Shown piece after piece: positions 27,337-32,000 of a stretch of DNA of 32,000 nucleotides. The stretch's first letter is position 1. The number at the start of each line of letters is the position of its first letter. The translations under genes were made by a program, and so were the position numbers. The notes beneath the pieces were generated by a model. That model was not told where the DNA came from, did no database searches, and was given only the letters and a program-made list of their open reading frames with translations. The DNA comes from Pseudomonas aeruginosa (GTDB taxonomy: Bacteria > Pseudomonadota > Gammaproteobacteria > Pseudomonadales > Pseudomonadaceae): NCBI RefSeq assembly GCF_001457615.1, contig NZ_LN831024.1, forward strand, positions 4,290,001-4,322,000, written 5' to 3'.

Positions 27337-29103
27337 CTAGCGTCCGCCGGCAGCGAACTGCAGTTCCGCCAGGCGCGCATAGAGCGGGTTCTCGGCGATC
27401 AGCCGGGCATGGCTACCAATGGCCACCAGCCGCCCCTGGTCGATCACCGCGATGCGGTCGGCGCTCTGTACCGTGGCCAGGCGATGGGCGATCACCAGGG
27501 TGGTACGTCCGCTCATCAGGCCTGGCAGGGCCTGCTGGATCAGGTGCTCGCTTTCCGCATCCAGGGCGCTGGTCGCCTCGTCGAGCAGCAGCACCGGCGC
27601 GTCTACCAGCAATGCCCGAGCAATCGCCAGGCGCTGGCGCTGGCCGCCGGACAGGCCGATGCCGCCCTCGCCCAGGTGGGTGGCGTAGCCCTGCGGCAGA
27701 CCCAGGATGAACTCGTGGGCATGCGCGGCACGCGCTGCGGCCTCGACCTCGGCGGCGCTGGCATGCGGACGGCCGTAGCGGATGTTTTCCTCGACGCAGC
27801 CGAAGAACAGCGCGGGGTTCTGCGACACCAGGGCAAAGCTGCGGCGCAAGTCGGCCGGGTCCAGTTCGACGATCGGCTGTCCGTCCAGCAGCAGCCGTCC
27901 CTGCTGCGGATCGAAGAAACGCAGGAGCAGATCGAACAGGGTCGACTTGCCGGCGCCGGAAGGTCCGACCAGGGCCAGGGTTTCCCCCGGTTCGACGGCC
28001 AGGCTGATGTCGTCGATGGCCCAGTGTTCGGGACGGGTCGGATAGGCGAAGCGCACCGCCTGCAATTCGATCCTCCCGCTCACCCGTGCCGCCAGCTTGC
28101 GTGGTTGCGCTGGCGAGCGGATCTCGCTGCGCGCCCTGAGCAGCTCGGCGATGCGCTCTGCGGCGCCGGCGGCGCGCTGCAATTCGCCGATCACCTCGCT
28201 GAGGGTGCCGAAGGCCATGCCGACGATCAGGCTGTAGAAGACGAACGCGGCCAGTTCGCCGGCCGAGATGCTGCCGGCGATCACGTCGCGGCCGCCGACC
28301 CAGAGCATGACGCCGACCGCGCCGAGCACCAGCACGATCACCACGGTGATCAGCCAGGCGCGCTGGGCGATGCGCTTGCGCGCGGTGTCGAAGGCGCGTT
28401 CGACGGTGCCGGCGAAGCGCTGGCGATCCTGCGCCTGGTGGTTGTAGGCCTGCACGGTCTTGATCTGACCGAGGGTTTCACCGACGTAGCTGCCGACGTC
28501 GGCCACCCGGTCCTGGCTTTCCCGCGACAGGCTGCGCACGCGGCGGCCGAACAGCAGGATCGGGGCGATCACCAGCGGCAACGCCAGCACCACGATGCTG
28601 GTCAGCTTGGCGTTGGTGACGAACATCAGCAGCACCCCGCCGACTAGCATCAGGGCATTGCGCAGGGCCATCGACAGCGAGGAACCGATCACCGTCTGCA
28701 GCAGCGTAGTGTCGGCGGTCAGGCGCGACTGGATCTCGGAGCTACGGTTGGTTTCGTAGAAGCCGGGATGCAACTCGATCAGGTGGTCGAACACGCGCTT
28801 GCGGATATCGGCGACGAAGCGCTCGCCGATCCAGGACACCAGGTAGAAGCGCACGAAGGTGCCCACGGCCAGGCCGAGCACCAGCACGAAGAACAGCAGG
28901 ATGTAGCGATTGAGCAATTCGGGCGAGGCGGTGAGGAACCCCTGGTCCACCAGCAGGCGGATGCCCTGGCCCAGGGACAGGGTGATCGCCGCGGTGAACA
29001 GCAACGCCACCAGGGCCCCGAGCATGCGCCAGCGGTAAGGCGCCATGAAGCGCCAGGCCAGGCGCAGGGCGATACGTTGGCGGGAGGAGAGAATGGCTGG
29101 CAT
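27337..29103 (-). CDS. ABC exporter, fused permease/ATPase (MsbA/LmrA type)
   Basis: TM domain plus NBD: Walker A 'GPSGAGKST', signature 'LSGGQRQRLAIARAL', Walker B 'VLLLDEATSALD'. Confidence 0.95.
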   Translation of the reverse strand: MPAILSSRQRIALRLAWRFMAPYRWRMLGALVALLFTAAITLSLGQGIRLLVDQGFLTASPELLNRYILLFFVLVLGLAVGTFVRFYLVSWIGERFVADIRKRVFDHLIELHPGFYETNRSSEIQSRLTADTTLLQTVIGSSLSMALRNALMLVGGVLLMFVTNAKLTSIVVLALPLVIAPILLFGRRVRSLSRESQDRVADVGSYVGETLGQIKTVQAYNHQAQDRQRFAGTVERAFDTARKRIAQRAWLITVVIVLVLGAVGVMLWVGGRDVIAGSISAGELAAFVFYSLIVGMAFGTLSEVIGELQRAAGAAERIAELLRARSEIRSPAQPRKLAARVSGRIELQAVRFAYPTRPEHWAIDDISLAVEPGETLALVGPSGAGKSTLFDLLLRFFDPQQGRLLLDGQPIVELDPADLRRSFALVSQNPALFFGCVEENIRYGRPHASAAEVEAAARAAHAHEFILGLPQGYATHLGEGGIGLSGGQRQRLAIARALLVDAPVLLLDEATSALDAESEHLIQQALPGLMSGRTTLVIAHRLATVQSADRIAVIDQGRLVAIGSHARLIAENPLYARLAELQFAAGGR

Positions 29104-29575
29104 GCGGCGCTCGCTCGGCGGCTGGGGTTCCGCAGGTTAGCACCGGGAACGCAGCGAGGCGATGCATGCCCCGGCCGGCAGCGCGATGATATCGACGTAT
29201 ATATCCGGGCAACTTAGCCGATAACTAATCGTGAACTTTTCATTATTCTCGATATAGGTGAGATAGAGGCCCGGAGAACTTTCTCGCATCAACTAATGCA
29301 AACATTGGAATTCATGCCGGGATGCGCGAAGGGAGTTATCCACCTGGCGGTATCCTGCGTCGCCCGGGATCGGCGGAACATCCAGCCGCGGAGACCTCGA
29401 GCAGTTCGCCGCCGGATCGCCAATGCCGCAGCGCCTCGCTCGGGTATTGCCTAACGGACTTTATAGAAAACAGCAGGTTACGTCCGAAATCTGATCGACA
29501 ATATTCAAGATGAAATAAAACGCCGCTTCGGTTATAATGAACGGCCATATTTAATGCAGAGACAGGTCCCCGGAT

Positions 29576-29767
29576 ATGGCCATCATGAAGAAAACCGTCG
29601 CGCCGAAAGCCGCCAAGCCGGCTCCCGCGGTCGAAACCCGCGAGTCCATCGAAGCGCAGGTCGCCGCCTTCCTCCAGGCCGGCGGCGAGATCCAGAAGAT
29701 CGCCAAGGGCGTCAGCGGCCAGGTCTACGGCCCGTCGCGGCAGATCACCATCAGCAAGAAGCGCTGA
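29576..29767 (+). CDS. small protein, 63 aa, SutA-like C-terminal motif (tentative)
   Basis: [63 protein letters not shown]; followed by a strong terminator. Confidence 0.75.
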   Translation: MAIMKKTVAPKAAKPAPAVETRESIEAQVAAFLQAGGEIQKIAKGVSGQVYGPSRQITISKKR

Positions 29768-29793
29768 ACGCCCGCCCCTCGCCGGGGACTACG

Positions 29794-29843
29794 AAGGGGA
29801 TGGCAGGCCGGCACGCAGATGTGCCACGCTCCATCCCCTTTTT
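29794..29843 (+). terminator. rho-independent terminator with nested inner hairpin
   Basis: AAGGGGATGG...CCATCCCCTT (10-bp outer stem, 29794-29803 / 29831-29840) ending in TTTTT; inner GGCAC-GCAGAT-GTGCC. Confidence 0.88.
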
Positions 29844-29867
29844 CATTGCCTGAATCCCGAGCCCTTC

Positions 29868-30089
29868 ATGCCTGGCCATCCCGATCCACTGCACGGCGTC
29901 ACCCTGGAAAAACTGCTCACCGAACTGGTCGCCCACCACGGCTGGGCGGAGCTTGGCAAACGGGTCGACATTCGTTGTTTCAGGAACGACCCGAGTATCA
30001 AGTCCAGCCTCGCCTTCCTGCGCAAGACGCCCTGGGCCCGGGAAAAGGTCGAGGCGCTCTACGTCCAGCTCAAGCGCAACCAAGGCTGA
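29868..30089 (+). CDS. VF530-family (DUF2132) putative DNA-binding protein
   Basis: 73 aa '[61 protein letters not shown]' is the DUF2132 signature. Confidence 0.9.
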   Translation: MPGHPDPLHGVTLEKLLTELVAHHGWAELGKRVDIRCFRNDPSIKSSLAFLRKTPWAREKVEALYVQLKRNQG

Positions 30090-30092
30090 AGG

Positions 30093-31241
30093 CTAGCGCG
30101 CCAACCCCAGGCGCAGCAATTGCCCGTCCTTCTGGTCGGTGAGCAGGTAGAGATAGCCGTCCGGGCCCTGCCGCACGTCGCGGATGCGCACCCCGAGATC
30201 GCCCAGCAGGCGCTCTTCGTGGACGATCCGGTCGCCATCCAGTTGCAGGCGGATCAGTTCCTGCGTCGCCAGCGCGCCGATGAACAAATTATGCTGCCAG
30301 GCCGGGAAGCGCTGCGCATCGTAGAACGCCATGCCGCTGATCGCCGGCGACTTCTCCCAGACATGGTGCGGCGCCTCGGTACCTTCGACGGCCTTGCCCC
30401 TGGCTTCGGGGATCGGCAGCAGGGTGTAGTTGATTCCATGGGTCGCCAGCGGCCAGCCGTAGTTCCCGCCGGCCTGGGGTATGTTGATCTCGTCGCCGCC
30501 GCGCGGGCCGTGCTCGTGGGTCCAGAGCCGGCCGGTCCAGGGATTCAGCGCGGCGCCCTGCTGGTTGCGGTGGCCATAGCTCCAGATCTCCGGCCGCGCG
30601 TCGGCACGGCCGACGAAGGGATTGTCCTTGGGAACGCCGCCGTCCGGATACAGGCGGACGATCTTGCCCTGCAACTTGTCCAGGTCCTGCGAGGTGCTGC
30701 GCTGATTGTTCTCGCCGAGGGCGATGAACAGGTGGCCCTTGCCGTCGAAGACCAGGCGCGAGCCGAAGTGATGGCCGCTGGAAAGCTTCGGCAACTGCCG
30801 GAAGATCACGTGGAAGCCCTCCAGCCGTCGCTTGTCCGCCGATAACCGGCCACGTCCCGCCGCCGTTCCGGCGCGGCCGTCCTCGCCGGCCTCGGCATAG
30901 GTCAGGTAGACCAGCCGGTCCTCGGCGAACCCCGGCGACAAGGCGACGTCGAGCAGTCCCCCCTGGCCGCTGGCGAAGACCCTGGGTACGCCTTCCAGCG
31001 GCGCCGACAACTGTCCCTCGGGACTGACGAAACGCAAGCTGCCGGGCCGCTCGGTGACCAATATGCCCTGGTTGTCCGGCAGGAAGGCGACGGCCCAGGG
31101 ATAGGCCAGACCGCCAACCACCGGGGTGACCTCGACGGCGCCCAGCTCGCTGTCGTGGCGACCGGCGTCCACCGCCTCGACCGACGGAGCGAGCAGCGCG
31201 ACGGCGCTCAGCAGGATGGCATTCAAAGACAGGCCCGGCAT
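30093..31241 (-). CDS. PQQ-dependent aldose sugar dehydrogenase-like protein (YliI/Asd family), secreted
   Basis: 'LAYPWAVAFLPDNQGILVTERPGSLR', 'GQGGLLDVALSPGF', 'HHFGSRLVFDGKGHLFIALGE', 'YGHRNQQGAALNPWTGRLWTHEHGPRGGDEINI'; signal peptide after ATG 31241. Confidence 0.93.
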   Translation of the reverse strand: MPGLSLNAILLSAVALLAPSVEAVDAGRHDSELGAVEVTPVVGGLAYPWAVAFLPDNQGILVTERPGSLRFVSPEGQLSAPLEGVPRVFASGQGGLLDVALSPGFAEDRLVYLTYAEAGEDGRAGTAAGRGRLSADKRRLEGFHVIFRQLPKLSSGHHFGSRLVFDGKGHLFIALGENNQRSTSQDLDKLQGKIVRLYPDGGVPKDNPFVGRADARPEIWSYGHRNQQGAALNPWTGRLWTHEHGPRGGDEINIPQAGGNYGWPLATHGINYTLLPIPEARGKAVEGTEAPHHVWEKSPAISGMAFYDAQRFPAWQHNLFIGALATQELIRLQLDGDRIVHEERLLGDLGVRIRDVRQGPDGYLYLLTDQKDGQLLRLGLAR

Positions 31242-31333
31242 GCGTTCTCTCCTTCCCCAAGCGAAAAACACCACTCTAGTCGCAGATCCGCCGCGCCTGG
31301 CGGTCCGCACACGGGCTGTAACAAACCCGCCCC

Positions 31334-31957
31334 TCAAAGCAAGGCGACCATTTCCTTGAGAGTCACCGCCCAGGTGCCCTTGGCATTGATATAGCGATAG
31401 CCGAACCGGGAACCATGCGCCTCGCTGGTGATCACCGCGTTCCAGGCCTGCCCGCGCGGCAGGTCGTGGGCCGGGTCGAGGAGCAGGAAGGCGCGCTCGC
31501 TCATGCCGATGGCCAGGCCCCAGTGGCGGATATCGCTGCCCTTGCGGCCGTGGAAACCGAGCACTACCGGAAAGCCGGCCTCCAGGTATTCGCGGGTGTG
31601 CCGGACCAACCTGCGCCCCTCGCCCTTGAGGGCGAAATGCTCGGTATCGTTGATCTCGGCCAGCAGCTCCAGCAGGTCGACGCCGGTGGTGCCGACGCGC
31701 AGCAGCGGGCCGTGCTGGTCCAGCGCCTTCATCAGGCGCCCGTAGCGACTGCGACTGTCGACCCGCTCCAGGCCCTTGGCCTGGCGCCGGCGCAGTTGGC
31801 CGCGGACCAGCATCGCCATGACCAGGCAGTAGGGCCCGCAGGCGCCGTCCATGTCGCCCTGGCGCAGATGGACCTTGTCGCCATGGACGTTGCACAGGCC
31901 GCCGCTGCCATCCTCGTCCAGGTCCCATTCCAGGCCATCGATCAGGCGTGACTGCAT
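31334..31957 (-). CDS. C39/papain-like cysteine peptidase-fold protein (stand-alone)
   Basis: 207 aa; 'QGDMDGACGPYCLVMAML' (Gln...Cys), 'RHWGLAIG' (His), 'LLLDPAHD' (Asp-Pro) in C39-like order. Confidence 0.65.
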   Translation of the reverse strand: MQSRLIDGLEWDLDEDGSGGLCNVHGDKVHLRQGDMDGACGPYCLVMAMLVRGQLRRRQAKGLERVDSRSRYGRLMKALDQHGPLLRVGTTGVDLLELLAEINDTEHFALKGEGRRLVRHTREYLEAGFPVVLGFHGRKGSDIRHWGLAIGMSERAFLLLDPAHDLPRGQAWNAVITSEAHGSRFGYRYINAKGTWAVTLKEMVALL

Positions 31958-32000
31958 GAGGGTCTCCTCTCCGGTTCCTTAAGTTGGGACCGAGCGGGCG

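Noticed and set aside
29554-29853. 99-aa ORF overlapping the 63-aa gene
   Set aside because: Arg-rich out-of-frame translation that runs through the terminator at 29794-29843; the 29576 frame has much more protein-like composition.

Overview
This 32 kb window looks like ordinary chromosomal core sequence from Pseudomonas aeruginosa. It is uniformly high-GC and densely coding, with intact ORFs and no tRNA/rRNA, integrase, transposase, phage genes or CRISPR array that I can see. Landmarks I recognise from protein sequence are hchA (Hsp31), an MFS transporter plus rhlC (rhamnosyltransferase 2) operon, fosA, a CobB-type sirtuin, dgt, a peptide deformylase, and the yfiR-yfiN-yfiB (tpbB) cyclic-di-GMP operon. 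Others are a CvfB-like S1 protein, an LTA-synthase-like phosphotransferase, an MsbA/LmrA-type ABC exporter, a PQQ-type sugar dehydrogenase and a VF530-family protein. I found no convincing new multi-gene system. The observations most worth a second look are: (1) a LuxR-type solo whose acyl-HSL pocket residues are replaced (including Asp to Cys), divergent from hchA, with two related 16-bp palindromes 33 bp apart between them; (2) a CAP-domain protein built from an internal duplication with a degenerate first copy; (3) a stand-alone C39-like cysteine peptidase; (4) unannotated or very small ORFs, one resembling part of SutA; (5) six convergent gene pairs that end within -4 to +9 bp of each other; and (6) several well-formed operator-like dyads and hairpins. 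All homology statements come from memory of the families, not from a search.
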